A stretch of 64,000 bases of DNA, the filler included, from Globobulimina sp. (taxonomy: Eukaryota), in assembly GCA_003354225.1 (NCBI GenBank). It is 11 parts of 11 records of this genome, joined end to end, with 100 filler letters (N's around TTAATTAATTAA, not from the genome) between each part and the next. Parts side by side here need not be neighbours in the genome. Positions count along the whole stretch, not along the records: positions 1 to 5,783 come from PIVH01000442.1; positions 5,884 to 11,662 come from PIVH01000443.1; positions 11,763 to 17,541 come from PIVH01000444.1; 8 more parts are not named here. One strand, given 5' to 3'. Position 1 is the first letter of the stretch; each line of letters opens with the position of its first letter. Shown here piece after piece: positions 1 through 13,238 of the stretch. Below the pieces are notes generated by a model. That model was not told where the DNA came from. It did no database searches and was given only the letters and a program-made list of their open reading frames with translations. The position numbers and the translations under genes are program-made.

Positions 1-392
1 GATATGGAATGGATGTGAATTGAACATATTTTAGTAAATAATGATTTTGTTTTTTTTAATTCTGAATCTGAGACTATTAATATGGTGAATGTGGCTGAGA
101 TATTATCCTCATCTGAATCATGAGTCATATTTTTGTTGTTATTTGTAGGTGATTTATATTGTGAGTTATATGCATTTGGATGTTGGATCGTAACTTGTTT
201 ATATCCGGTAATACAATGGGTAATGAATAATTTGTTGTTGTGTTGATTGACAAATTTAGATAATATTTTTTTAGAGTTTGCAATTTGAATTTTAAAATGG
301 TTTGTTATCCATTTGTAGGAAATTATTTTATGTTCATCAAATATTAAATGTTCCAATGAATTCAAAATCGATTGTTCCGATTCCGACGACAT
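1..392 (-). CDS. POLD3: DNA polymerase delta subunit 3 (CDC27/p66), N-terminal domain; cut by the window edge; not in the ORF track
   Basis: Manual translation from ATG 392: MSSESEQSILNSLEHLIFDEHKIISYKWITNHFKIQIANSKKILSKFV...LFITHCITG...ILIVSDSELKKTKSLFTKICSIHIHSI. This matches the POLD3 pattern KIVTYKWLS...AKQMLY...TYLVSG...SIHVYSI. Confidence 0.85.
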   Translation of the reverse strand, partial: MSSESEQSILNSLEHLIFDEHKIISYKWITNHFKIQIANSKKILSKFVNQHNNKLFITHCITGYKQVTIQHPNAYNSQYKSPTNNNKNMTHDSDEDNISATFTILIVSDSELKKTKSLFTKICSIHIHSI

Positions 393-574
393 TACGTTTA
401 CAAGAAACAAAGTGAAAACTTGAGCAAAAACAATCACATCAAATGTGTTCATTCACTAAAATCACCACGTCCACTTGGAGTTAATTTATTATATTTCTAT
501 TCCCAGACATCTAATAACTATCAAACAATAAGACAGAAAAGGTAATAACATGTCTGCTGATATCAGCAATATAT

Positions 575-2363
575 TTGCAAATATTTCTAGCAATCATAGC
601 ACATAAACAATCACCGTCGAACACACATATAAATACCAATCACTTTCAAATAATAAACATCCACCAAATGCATACTGAAACAGATCCTTTCGACCAAATT
701 TATGCTCCAAAACAACAACTTGTTGACCAAATTGCAAACAGTACAGAACGAACGCGAGATATTTCCCATCAGAGTCGACATGAAAGAAATGAAAGAATCA
801 GAAACCAGCGTCGTAAATATCTCCCTGAAAGTGACGGACTTAATGATGAAATCAACATAGATCCACACAAACAATTTCTTGGTGAATATACATTGCGATC
901 AAAAGAGTTGAGACGTAACAGAACGCGCTTCAGACATCGTCGAATAAATCCTTATCATAATCATAATCATACAGCAGCTTCGAAGGAAGATTTGATAGGT
1001 TTTGAGAAAGCAAACTTAAAACCATATATGGAACATGGCGGATGGATGGATATCAATAAAATATCAAAGGATAGTTTCATTTATAAACACCGTACAAAGC
1101 ACATAAATATCACAGATATGTTGAATAGCAATGATACGGTGAATGTTATGGAAAAATACAATTTCAGGTATTCATAAATGCAAAAACATATGTTTTTCAA
1201 TTCTCAAAAATCAAAGTCAGCATTTTTGCGTTTGTCCCATGTTAAGCAATGATAATATTCGAAATGATAAATGGAATGAAGCAGATATTAATAAATTAAT
1301 GGAGGATAAAAATAAGTTGTTTGAACAATATGGAATTGTACCATATGAATCTAAAATGAATTATGATTTACAATTGGTGGAATATGATATATTTTCGTGG
1401 ATTATCAATCATCAGCACCCAATAGAATGCCCGCGGACATATTTTGAGATTGGTATATTGAATGAATGTGGGTTTGGCTGTAAATTGGATGATTATATAT
1501 TGATTTGTGCGAAATTCGCACTGTTTACAGGATATATTTTTGAATTTCGAGATTGGGGCAATAGTAAGGATACTTTGCATGAATATGGTGCATGGAATGA
1601 ATATTTTAGGCCAGTTTCCAATGTATTGAGTGTGTGTAATAAACAAGAATTGGATATATTGAGGCAAGGAATGTATCGAGAAAGACCAAATAAGATTGGT
1701 TTTTGGGTTCCAGAACAGTTTGAAGAAAGAATTGAAGCTTTACATAATGACGCTGTGCTTTATTTTAATGGCATTCTTGACAGATATTTATTGCGTTTAA
1801 ATAAGAAATATATTAAACAATATAATGCGATTAAGACTGGTTTTAGTTACAAACACCCATTGATAGGATGTCACGTTCGGAGAACAGACAAAATTATGGA
1901 AAGTAATGTGTATGAATGGAATAATTATATTGATTTAGTTGAATATTTGTTGAGATATAATGATATAAGTTATGAGACAGAGAATGGGGTGGAATTAGCT
2001 TTGTTTTTAGCCACTGACGACAAGAATATTGTGAAGACTGCAATGAGTGATGATTTTAGTAATGGATTGAAATTTAGTTTGTTGTATAATAAATATTCAA
2101 TTTATATTGGCAATATGAGTGAAGAAATTGTGTTAAAACAAAGGAGAACAGATAATGCATTGAGATCTATTGTTTTTGATGTGTTGCTCTTGTCAGAATG
2201 TGATTTATTTGTTGGCCAAGATGGCTCAAGAGTTAGTAGATTGGTCTTGGAACTGATTGCAATGCGATTGCCAGATTATAAGCAAAGACTCATATCGATT
2301 GATGCTGTTAATAACAATAGACTTGATTTTCCATATTGGATCTCTGATAACTGGTTGCATTGA
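575..2363 (+). CDS. Alpha-1,6-fucosyltransferase-like glycosyltransferase (GT23, FUT8/NodZ family), multi-exon; true start uncertain
   Basis: Motifs ECGFGC, IGCHVRRTDK, LFLATDD and DVLLLSECDLFVGQDGSRVSRLVLEL. A frame-compatible GT-AG intron at 1168-1216 joins ORFs 575 and 1143. Confidence 0.8.
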
Positions 2364-2440
2364 CATTTTAAGACTAAGATTGAAAACAGCTCAAAAAACT
2401 CTTTAATATTATCTACAAACTATACAAATAAAAATACAAA

Positions 2441-5400
2441 TTAAAGATTGTTTCTTGTGTATTCTTGATACATTTTAGCCAAAATAGCATTTGCGTCATT
2501 ACTTGGATCTTTACATAATAATTTTTCAGGTTCATCATATTCGACAATTTCACCATCTCTTAAACTGATGATATAATCATAATTAATGATGGTATTCAAT
2601 CTATGTGCAATGCATAATATTGTCGTATTTTTAAATTCATGGCTTAACACATTCTGAATATATTCATCTGTTTTATTATCCACATTGCTCGTTGCTTCAT
2701 CAATTAATAAGATTGTATTCGACTTTGTGCATTTCAGCAATGCTCTCCCTAAACATAATAATTGTGATTCGCCATAAGAGAAATCAATGTCATTCGATGA
2801 CGACAACACTGTCTCAATGCCATCCGATAAACTAACTATCTTTGAATATAAATTGACATCTTTTAAAATGTCGATTATTTTATCATCCTCATATTCATCA
2901 AATGGATCCAGATTATACCGAATTGATTCTTTAAATATTATTGGATTTTGCGGTATCACACTGTATATATTTCGCAATTTATACAGATCCATCGAGTTTA
3001 TGTCAATGCCATCGATGAATATTCCTCCTTTCTCCAATTCTAACAATCTGAACAAGCATTTAAATAACGACGATTTGCCACTTCCCGTTCGGCCAATAAT
3101 ACCAACTTTGCTGCCTGCCTTTATTGACAAATTAATATCTTTCAACACATATTGCAGATTGTTATTATATTTTGCATACACATTTCGTATTTCAATTGAA
3201 CCATTTTCAGGAAACATAATTGGTACTTGCACTGTGGTGACATTTGCTTCTTTCTTTAAGTTGCCATATTCGATAATCCTCTCAGTTGCTACCATGTAAA
3301 TAAATGTGTCCGTGGTCCTTTTAAGAAATGTAGGGAATAATAATTGGAATGTAAATAGAGACATAATGGCCAACGCAGTCAATAGTGGCGATTCCACCGC
3401 TTTATCCATCATCGCAATCGTAGTAACCACCAGCGGTAAGCCACCTAATTTTGTCCAAAAATACACATTGCGCCGTACAACAGACATAGTGTATTGCGGT
3501 TTGATCGTATCGTCAATCATTGTATATATTTGCTCGACAATCCAAGACTGTTTATTTAAACAGCGAATGACATGAATTCCTAAGAAGATTTGTGCGATGT
3601 GGTCGTATAAAAAAGATCGATTAATTGATTCTATTCTATGCAATGATAATGATATTCGTAAGTTGATTGGAAATATAATGACGCACGAAACTATCAATAG
3701 TAATAATAATGGGATATATAACCAGATATTATATAGAAAGGGCAAGAAAACTAAAATGGAAACGCTTCCCAAATACCATAACATATACGCGGCACTCTCA
3801 TTTAATGTATCATCCATAACATAGGTGTCTTTGGAGAAGCGATTCAATATTCTTCCGCTCGTATTCTGCTCGAAAAATTGCCGTGGTTGATAGATCACAG
3901 CATGCAACATATTGTTATGTAATATTTTACTCGCATTCAACATCGTTGTTGTAATATATCGCTGTCTTACATAACTTAACAAGATGGGCATCATTGAAAC
4001 GCCGACTACCAAATAAATATCAATACCGTTTTCATCAAACCATCGACCAACCAAATATTGAGAATATAATAATATCAAATCCGTGGACACAAACAAAACG
4101 ATTAAGAAAGACATCTGTGTCAATTTACAAAATTTATTATTAAATATTTCCAATGCATATGGCAATGCAAATAATTCCAAAAATGTGTCAAAAGTTGGTA
4201 TTCCAGTTTGAGCGCGTTCCTCTTGTACAATGCTGTAATAATTGTCAGTGAGTAATGGCTGACAATCGTCGATATCTGAACCACTTTTACAATCATCGTT
4301 ATTGTCATCAATGTTTATTAATAATTTATTTTCTTTCTCAGCGCAGTTATGGTTGTAGTTATAGTTATATTCATTGTCTATCTGTACATCTCTATAATGA
4401 TCAAATTGTACCTGTTGAGCCAGCATTTGCTGGTAATTGCCTTGGTGAATAATTGTACCGTTATCTAAAATAATGATATGATTTACTTTTGGTGCAAATT
4501 GTAATTGATGTGTCACCAAAATAGTTAGTTTATTTTTGAGTAAACCGCTTTTTGAGTCTAATAAGTTATCAAATATATGATTGGCAACAACTGCATCAAC
4601 AGCAGAGAGTGGGTCGTCTAATAATAAAATATCTTTGTCTGCGTACACACAGCGAGCTAAATTCAATCTGGTTTTCTGTCCGCCGCTGAGGTTAATACCT
4701 TTGTCGCCAATCATCGTTAAATCACCGTTTGGAAATATGTTAAGATCATTGACTAAGCCGCACGAATAAATTACTTTATTATACCAATTTTGATCATACT
4801 CGTTTCCGAATAATATGTTAAATCGTATGGTATTGGAAAATATAAATGATTGTTGAGGGCAGTATGATAATGAACCATTAACATTTAATGTGCCTTTGAG
4901 CAAATTTAATTCATTCATGATGCCATCCAAAAGAGCAGTTTTACCACTTCCTATTTTACCCGCTATTAATATTAAATTTGGTGCGTCAAAATGCATACAA
5001 ATGTTTTTTAACACATTGCCATTGCCGATATCATCGCGTTTCCAGTTAAAATATGCATTTAATATGGTTATGCTTACACTGCTGACAGCATTCAGGTCAT
5101 TGCCTTTATTTTTTTTAAATTCTTTTGCATTTAGGAATGTGATAATTCTTTGTTGACTTTTGCCAAATTCGGATATTGCTCTGCCAGCATGAAGTGAACT
5201 GTTTGTTGAGCCCAACAAAAAAAGGGCACAAAATCCCAACAATGGAAATATTTCTGCGGCACCAACATGGCTAAAATCACCATTCTCAGCCGCCGTAAAA
5301 TAAAATATGAACAAAATCATTATTCCAAGCAAAGGTGATATGGAATACATAATTGTTGCAACGATGGAATACGTTGCCTTCGATTTCTTATATGATTTTA

Positions 5401-5782
5401 TTTCCTTTTTTCGCACTTTTTTAATCATCTCATAAAATATTGACTCGTAAACAAACATTTTTGTCACCAACCAGCCTTTGAGCATATCATTAATTAATTT
5501 TAATCTTTTATCAGTTAACAGCGACACGTCCTTTCTTAATGCACCCATTTGAAGACCAAAATATACGGCGGGGATAATTATGACAATAATCAAAGAAATG
5601 AGAATCATAAAACGAAGATTGGAGGAGATGTAGCAATACCATAATAAGAAAACTATTGTACAAATAAAATAAATTGGCGTGATGGCTGTGGCATAATCAA
5701 ATAATTGTTCTATTTTTGTGATATCCGAGGAGATCAAATTAATAATATTGCCAATATCATGCTGACTGGGATTAATATGCAA
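2441..5782 (-). CDS. ABCC/MRP-family ABC transporter (TMD-NBD-TMD-NBD), 5' end truncated by the contig end
   Basis: NBD1 has GKIGSGKT, LSGGQKTR and LLLDDPLSAVD. NBD2 has GRTGSGKS and LLIDEATSNVD. The MRP-type GRILNRFSKD motif is present. Confidence 0.95.
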   Translation of the reverse strand: MHINPSQHDIGNIINLISSDITKIEQLFDYATAITPIYFICTIVFLLWYCYISSNLRFMILISLIIVIIIPAVYFGLQMGALRKDVSLLTDKRLKLINDMLKGWLVTKMFVYESIFYEMIKKVRKKEIKSYKKSKATYSIVATIMYSISPLLGIMILFIFYFTAAENGDFSHVGAAEIFPLLGFCALFLLGSTNSSLHAGRAISEFGKSQQRIITFLNAKEFKKNKGNDLNAVSSVSITILNAYFNWKRDDIGNGNVLKNICMHFDAPNLILIAGKIGSGKTALLDGIMNELNLLKGTLNVNGSLSYCPQQSFIFSNTIRFNILFGNEYDQNWYNKVIYSCGLVNDLNIFPNGDLTMIGDKGINLSGGQKTRLNLARCVYADKDILLLDDPLSAVDAVVANHIFDNLLDSKSGLLKNKLTILVTHQLQFAPKVNHIIILDNGTIIHQGNYQQMLAQQVQFDHYRDVQIDNEYNYNYNHNCAEKENKLLINIDDNNDDCKSGSDIDDCQPLLTDNYYSIVQEERAQTGIPTFDTFLELFALPYALEIFNNKFCKLTQMSFLIVLFVSTDLILLYSQYLVGRWFDENGIDIYLVVGVSMMPILLSYVRQRYITTTMLNASKILHNNMLHAVIYQPRQFFEQNTSGRILNRFSKDTYVMDDTLNESAAYMLWYLGSVSILVFLPFLYNIWLYIPLLLLLIVSCVIIFPINLRISLSLHRIESINRSFLYDHIAQIFLGIHVIRCLNKQSWIVEQIYTMIDDTIKPQYTMSVVRRNVYFWTKLGGLPLVVTTIAMMDKAVESPLLTALAIMSLFTFQLLFPTFLKRTTDTFIYMVATERIIEYGNLKKEANVTTVQVPIMFPENGSIEIRNVYAKYNNNLQYVLKDINLSIKAGSKVGIIGRTGSGKSSLFKCLFRLLELEKGGIFIDGIDINSMDLYKLRNIYSVIPQNPIIFKESIRYNLDPFDEYEDDKIIDILKDVNLYSKIVSLSDGIETVLSSSNDIDFSYGESQLLCLGRALLKCTKSNTILLIDEATSNVDNKTDEYIQNVLSHEFKNTTILCIAHRLNTIINYDYIISLRDGEIVEYDEPEKLLCKDPSNDANAILAKMYQEYTRNNL

Positions 5783-5783
5783 T

Positions 5784-5883
5784 NNNNNNNNNNNNNNNNN
5801 NNNNNNNNNNNNNNNNNNNNNNNNNNNTTAATTAATTAANNNNNNNNNNNNNNNNNNNNNNNNNNNNNNNNNNNNNNNNNNNN
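5784..5883. other. Artificial 100-bp contig spacer. Same-design spacers at 11663-11762, 17542-17641, 23418-23517, 29287-29386, 35148-35247, 41002-41101, 46852-46951, 52701-52800 and 58547-58646
   Basis: Each is exactly 100 bp with a central TTAATTAATTAA that gives stops in all six frames. Contig lengths decrease monotonically. Confidence 0.98.
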
Positions 5884-6722
5884 CAGCAGTGATGAATCTG
5901 CAGAATTACAAGCTGCTTTGCTTCGATATTTAATACAAAATAAAGACTATAATATTAAATAAATGAGTGGTGCTTAGTAATTGAGAAATTATATAATAAG
6001 TTGGTTGAATATGGGATATCCACAGATATAATAGCCGGACCATCGAGTGCACACTGGAAGTGTGGGAAATATATTTCTGTTTTAGGTATTGTTGTCATGC
6101 AAACAATTTAACTGTTTGCTTGTTTGCACGATTTCTGATTCTGACTAATTAAATATATGCATTTATAATAGATCATCATTTATATGCACACAATGTAGAA
6201 GAGATAAGAAGTGGGAGAATAAAAACATATTTGTCAGCAGATACACTCAGTTATGGATTATCGGGAAGATTGAATCAGTATAATAATATTGCATTGACTG
6301 AAATGTCAATATTTTCAGAAGGGGAATGTTCTGTGGATCGATATCATTTATGTGATAATTTTATTTTTGCCATTGATTTGGCGGATTATTTTATTCAATC
6401 CATATTTACAGGACATACTATTGTAATGTTTTGGTGTTTGGATGGTTTTAATCAAAATAAAAATTGTGGCTTTTGGGATTTAAGCAATAAAAAATATGAA
6501 TTACGTCCTTGGTATTTTATGTTTAAATTAATATCAAATTATTTTCATTCCTTTCAAACATTGGAAATCATAAATATAAAACAACCGAAACAGGGCAGGA
6601 TTTTATTTGTAAAAACACACATTTATTATAGTATATTGATAATAAACAGAGATATTAACACATTGAATGTATCAATATTTCAGCTATTTTTTAGTACTTT
6701 GAAGCGAGTCAAGCGACGCTGA
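5884..6722 (+). pseudogene. Fragment of a clan GH-A TIM-barrel glycoside hydrolase (GH30/GH39-like), apparently with a lesion
   Basis: AALLRYLIQNKDYNIK* followed, in another frame, by INEWCLVIEKLYNKLVEYGISTDIIAGP; then an intron, then DHHLY...IALTEMS (nucleophile-like Glu)...MFWCLDG...GFWD...ELRPWY. Frame break near 5960. Confidence 0.45.
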
Positions 6723-7017
6723 AAACGAACGATCTCTAAAACAAGTTCTTGTGGAGAAGCCAGTCACGGCCAACACAGAAGCACACCCACAAACACCCTC
6801 ACAAAAAAAGCCAGTTTTCAAATTTCTATGTAAACTTAACTGTATATATTCAATTATAAATTTGTTCGAATTCTCACTTTGTTCTGGATTTGCAAACCCA
6901 AGAAAAACCTATAGAAAACCGTTTCTGGATTTCTCAGATAATTGAATTAAATGTATACAACTTATCGGGAGGGTTATCTTTTGGAATATATCGTTCAATG
7001 AACTTATATACAATTAA

Positions 7018-10000
7018 TTAGCGATGCGGATGCAACTCAGACGCAAAGAACATGAGAACCGGCCTCAAAACGCAAACAGGAATATCATTCTTGCCCGCTA
7101 GGATCGGAATTTCTCCTTTCAACAAAGTGTTCAATTTCATTTTATTCTCTTTCACCTCAATTTTGTTACGCACATTTTTCAACATTTTCTTGATTCGCTC
7201 CTCTTTTCTGTTCGAGATCTCCTCAATTATATGCTTCATAAAATGAAATCCATTGTATCCATCTGGCCGTAGTTCAACAATCCAATCCGAATTAATATCG
7301 ACATTCTCCTCTTCCTCTTCCTGTTCCTCCTCCTCATCCACATCATCATCACTCTCCAAATCCTTTTTTTCTTCCTCCGCCACCACATCACCGCCACTGC
7401 CTTGATGATATTGTCTCATTTTGACGCGAATCCAGGCCGACAACAACCGTTTGAAGATAGCCACTTTCTGAATGTCCGACAGTCGCTGATTGAACCTCTT
7501 GGCAGTCGATATCGCATTGTTTAGCCGCGACAGCGTCAACGGAGTCATCAGCAAATTATCCAACATCTCATAATATCGATGCGCGATCTTGCACAGAATC
7601 ACGCGAGAAACAATCCGCTCTTCAAACAAATCGAATTGCCCTTTATCGCAAATGTCCGCCTTCTTATTGAAGATAATCGTATCGCCCTCCTCCTCCTTCA
7701 CAATGTGGCTCAAACCATGCTTTACGTCGGCCAGTCCCTGCAAGGCGCTCAGGGCGATTTTCTTTGACGATGTGCCTTGATAATGACACAGCAATTGAAT
7801 CAATCGGAAGATGGCCACCGGGTATATTAAGTCGTAGAATCTGCACAAACTCGCCAGCAAGTTCAAGGGAGTGGTGATCTCACATTCGTGGTTCGAGCGG
7901 AACGAGGCCGGCAACAACAAAATGCGACACAGAAATTGCGCATTCGTCTTAAACGTGGCGGGGTCGAACGGGTCGCTCCGAATGCCGTTGAGCTTCAACT
8001 TAAATTCCAATAAATTCAAATCTGACAAGGAATCCGAAGAGATTAAGGTGCGAATCTCGTCCATATCCACCAATAAGTCGTCCTCCTCATCGCTGGTCTG
8101 CTCGTCCATGACATTCGTCTCATTCTCGTATTGCATGTGCACTTCGCCAGACAAAATGGCCAAATCCTGCGCGATGAACTTGGTGGGCCGCCGGTCGCTG
8201 TTTGTCACGGTTTGGGGCTGCTTGTTGCCGCTGTTTAGGATGGGAAGTGGTGCCTGGTTCTTATAGATATAGTCCATGTAATACAGGATGTTTTGCATCA
8301 CTTTCTTTCCGAAAATGCGGCCGTAATTAAAGGTGAATTTGGGGAAATCGTCGCGAGTTCGTTGGTAGTGCCGCAGCAATAAACTGTCAAATTGCGGGTA
8401 TTTGTATAATAAGGCCACCAACAACGGAAAGGGCGCGATCTTCAGCGCTTCTTTGATTTGCTGCGATTTGATGCAGTCTGAAAACAGGGATTGTTGGTAC
8501 AAGAAGTCCGTCAAATATTTGCTGCGCGCGATTAATGAGGTTTGTCCCCACCGAGACAGCAGATTCAAGCCACCTAAGATGGACTGGCACGATTCGTAGC
8601 AACTGTTGACAGCCTCGACTTGTTCGTGCAAGCCGTGGATATTTAGTCTGAAAATCGAGTCTCGAGTACAAATCCCAAAATCGTCGATGATGAAATAATT
8701 ATTATTCGTGTTCTCGACGTCTGCGGGCAAGACACTCACGGCACAGGCTAGGATTTCATGGTCGTCTTCCTTCCATTCATTGTCATTCAGGTCGCGGTCC
8801 TTGCACTCGCTCAAAATCTCGCGTTCACTCTCCATTTTATGCTCATTTTCTTCCACGATCTCAACCTCATTGTCGTAGTAACTCCATTCGTGACTGAATA
8901 GCCGCCGTCTTTGCGTCGTTTGTTTGATGTTAAACGATCGGTGCCGTTGTGGTATGGATGGGTTTATTTCTTTGTACAGTGCAGATAAGTAAATTGGTGA
9001 TGGGAATTGCAACTTAATCCCGCTACCATTCCCATTTCCAGATTCAGATTTGGATTCACTTTCATTCTCAGTTTTGTTTTGTTGTTTTTTGTAATGTGTG
9101 TATTGATGGAATAAGTATCTGCGATGTAACACGATATTCGTCAAATGGATGTAATACACATCGTGCGTAATATTGATGCAAATCCAGTCGTGATACCCAA
9201 AGATTTTTAATTTCTCGTTGCATTGTTTGTATTTTTTACTGATTGTATTGTCGCAGATGTTGTGTATATTTTTGCGTGGATCGTAAAAAGATTCGTTTGG
9301 TAGATCGAAGCGACAAATATATTTCCATTCGATTCGACGCGATTTGTCCGAAAAATGACCAAATGGTAAATCGAATTTAGGCTTCAAACTTTTGAGCGTT
9401 TTCGGCGATAATTTGGCCGAATGTTTTTCCAATTGATCGGCTAGATTTTTCTTGTACGAATATAAATATTCAGATAACGACGATTTAGGCAATTGATTCT
9501 CATCCAAAATATAGAAGCTATTATCAAATCTATCCCATAATAATAACTGTTTGGTGGTGCCGTGTTGCCCTTTGATACAAACAAATATTACATAAAAACA
9601 TAAAATTATATATATGCATCCAACAGACCTACGGCAAAGCGAATTATTTCTTGCTTCTCTCTGCTGATAAATTCTACATCGACATTTCCATCCATTCGCT
9701 CATTCTCCTTTTCTTGTACATTATTCTTCCTTTTTTTCAGTGAAATATCATCATCGATGTCCTTCGCCTGCCGTCTTTCCATCATTTTGTTATATTGATT
9801 CACGCTTAAATCCGTACAGGGAAATGGTATACGAATCATTTCATTCATAAACGGCGAGACATAGTACAACAAACGTTTTTCGATGCAAATCTCAGATAAA
9901 TCCACATCGTACGCCTCTTCTGACGATGTATCCGACACTGACGACATCAGCGACGCATCGGTCATCTTCCGCAACTTATTATTTCTACGCACCGTGATCT

Positions 10001-11328
10001 CAATGATGAAGCCATAGCGCGTCGTCCATATATTCTCCACTATCAATATCACCCTTCGCCGTCTATCAACCTCATCACTTTCCTCTTCGTCCTTTTTCTC
10101 CTCTTTATCCGCATAGTATTCCGTCCAAAAATCAATCTCTTCCAAACCGTCCATCAAAATACGAAAATCCGCAAACTTACAAGTTACAACAACCAAAAAA
10201 CTCACAAACGTTTCTCAAAAACAAATAGATACAAAAACGTTTTGGAGTGCAAGGATGCCAAACTTTGGATTGGTCCATATTTTGCGACGGCGATTGGGTC
10301 CCTCCCATCATTATCGGTGTATTGATATTTTTATAATCCACGTCCAGCCTCACCCGCGATATAATGAACCGCGTCGAGATATATTTTTTGGTTTTGATGC
10401 CCGGGAAGTTCTTATTCAATAAATAGCGATGGATGTTATAGATGCTCGTGTTTGCCGTCATGTGTTCGTCGCCCATCATATAGTCGATCATCAAAAAATA
10501 TAACGAGCCCTGATGGTTAATGGCATGCGAGGCGTGCGACTGCGTGTTTTTTATGAACACATTCTGTTGCGGATATAGCAGGTTTTCAAAGGCATCGATG
10601 TATGTTTGTTCTGCCTGGGATTGGGATGGCGATTTGGTTTGATTTAAATAGGGGATTTTGATCAAGTGCGATGGGGAAGTTATCACGGAACAAAACACCA
10701 AGATGCCGGGACGCGATTTTTCATATAATTTGTTGTTTGTGTTGTTCATATATGTTAGGCGCGATTCGCTATCACTGAGCGGGGAAGGCAGTATTTTGCG
10801 GATTTTGTATTGCCATAAATATCGGATTTGGTTCCAATTCCATATAATGATACCACCGTCGCTGTGGATGGCTAATAGTTGCAATTTGCGGGCGGTGATT
10901 GGGGGCGGTTTTTGTTCTTGTTTTTGTTCGTTGTTTTTGGTTTTGAGGTCGCTGGGTTGTGATTGTGATTTGGAGGGTGTTAAAAAGCGCAAATGTATGA
11001 CATGGGATAAGGTTTTCATGGCTAAGATATTTTTGAGATAATCGTTGATTTCTTTTAAGACAAAGCGCTGTAATTTCATTTGTTCGATGTTACTGAGACG
11101 TAGTTGATGCGGCACTGCGTCGAAGACGACAAACTGTCGGCCATCGTGGAAGGAGACGGCTAAATGGCCGGGTACAGAGGATACCAAATGGATGGGGTAT
11201 AATGATTTGTGGTCTTTAGAGGATTCTTTTAAGACTTTGTGGAATAAGGAGGATAAGACTTTTATACCACGGTAGCTGTTAAAACTGCTATTGTTTTCTG
11301 ATACTTTGGCATATTGAAACTGCAGCAT
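7018..11328 (-). CDS. Large uncharacterised multi-exon protein (ORFs 10177-11334, 9606-10205, 7018-9507)
   Basis: Three consecutive same-strand long ORFs separated by short intron-sized breaks; ATG at 11328. No family recognised. Confidence 0.6.
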
Positions 11329-11762
11329 GGTCACTACTAAAGTTTTTTTTTTATTTTAATTTTGTTTTTTTTAATTAAATTTAATTATTTCTCCTCGGTA
11401 TCACTTTATACAATACTTGAAACAAACAAAATGTTCTAATGTCTTGTTGATAAAATTTTAAAATGCCACATAATAAACAAATTGCACATAATACTGATAA
11501 AACAGTGAGGTAACTTCCAAATGTTGTATCTGTCAAAATATTCTGTTTTGTATTAAGTTTCAATGAAAATGTGGATTGGGTTGGATTTTTGGTCGGAATT
11601 TCTGTTGGTATTTTTCTTTGTAAATTATCCAATGATTTTGGGGCTACTTTGTTTGATATAATNNNNNNNNNNNNNNNNNNNNNNNNNNNNNNNNNNNNNN
11701 NNNNNNTTAATTAATTAANNNNNNNNNNNNNNNNNNNNNNNNNNNNNNNNNNNNNNNNNNNN

Positions 11763-12257
11763 TTTTTCTGCACTTTCACCATTCCAAAACATCAAATATT
11801 TGCCACCATATAATGGATCATTTAATTTTGTCGGCGTGAATGAGGATGGATTCCGTACAATGAATTGTAAGCCATATTTTTCTTTTAATTGTAGCTCGCT
11901 TAATACTTTTGGTCGTAACAAACCGGCCAAATAGGAAGCTCTCGAAAATACAAAACCGTCAAATATTTCTTCACTTATTGCTGCGCCACCAATCACATCC
12001 CGTCTCTCTAAAACTAATACATCTAATCCTGCTTTTGATAAATAGGCTGCTGCGGTTAAGCCATTGTGTCCAGCACCAATTATAATTACATCACGTTTTT
12101 TGTTTATCGATGTTTCTGGAATGGAGAATTTATTTGGTGAAGGATCATAACGTAGTTCGCGTGTTAATGAATTTGAAAAGTGGAATGATGATAAGTGGGA
12201 TGGTTGGTAGATTGTTGACAATGCTCGTCTACATTCTCTACAACATTTCGAAAGCAT
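11763..12257 (-). CDS. PYROXD2: PYROXD2/phytoene-dehydrogenase-like FAD oxidoreductase, N-terminal part, with a mitochondrial-type leader
   Basis: [61 protein letters not shown]; Arg/Ser-rich N-terminus; cut by spacer. Confidence 0.85.
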
Positions 12258-12328
12258 TTTTTGAACCTTTCGAAAACGCAACAAAACGTTTTTTATCTTG
12301 CTTAACCTTACAAAAACTAAATGTCACT

Positions 12329-13238
12329 ATGTCAGCTGAATTTAAGTCGGGAAAAGTAGAATTCTTTTTATCATGTGCTGACTTAACCGATCCCGCATTT
12401 GTTTGTGTATTTTTAAAAGATACAACACAAAAATGGATTGAATTGGGTCGAACTGAAGTATCATACCATCAAAACGCTAAATATACCAAACAATTTATCA
12501 CTGATTACAAACCTGAAGAAGAACAACAATTCAGATTTGATGTTTCCAAATCCAATGGAAACAATACATTGTCAACGAAAGACATTATTGGTAACGTTTC
12601 ATTCAAGTTACATGAAGCCGTTAACGCAAAATGTGTGTTATATACCTTTTATACCTATTCGCAAATCCGCAAAGCACAAAACAAAACCCATGACAGCTCA
12701 AATGATGACCCGTACACTGACCAAAGGTCGCAAGGTAGTAAAGAATCGTCAGTCAAAACGATATACGCGGCTTAATATACGGTTAGAGCCTTTGAACAAA
12801 GATTTTAATTTGGCAGAATATCGTTTCTGTGCGCAAGGGCTACCAAAACAAGGCACCTTTGTCAAAGCAAACCCAATATTAGAAGTTCACAGATTAGGTT
12901 CCGATGGTCACTTCTTTAAAGTATTTGAAACCTCTGTCGTCAAAAAGAGTTTGTCACCAATGTGGCCCGAATTTACTTTGACGGGCTCCAGATTATGCAA
13001 TGGAGATCAAAATAGACCGTTACAGCTTAAAATCTTTCATGTGGTGGACAATGCGCAAAGGAAATATATTGCCAAATGTCAACATTTATATGATGAAAAT
13101 AAATCATACACTTTAAAAGACGTAAAAGGAAAACATGCTGGCACTCTTACATTGAAAATACGCGAGCTCTCAAAGCAGCAAACTGAGGAAAAAACGGCAG
13201 CTGAAATTGAGAAACATGGATTTATTGGCAATTATTGA
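12329..13238 (+). CDS. Tandem copine-like C2 domains (C2A and C2B); no vWA domain follows
   Basis: KVEFFLSCADL...WIELGRTEV...KQFITDYKPEEEQQFRFDV (C2A); frame-compatible intron 12633-12696; FCAQGLPKQGTFVKANPILEV...VVKKSLSPMWPEF...RLCNGDQNRPLQLKIF (C2B). Confidence 0.85.

Noticed and set aside
2787-5156. Many short antisense ORFs over the ABC transporter, and similar ones over TAF1, kinesin and the symporter
   Set aside because: Shadow ORFs opposite well-supported genes, with no independent motifs.
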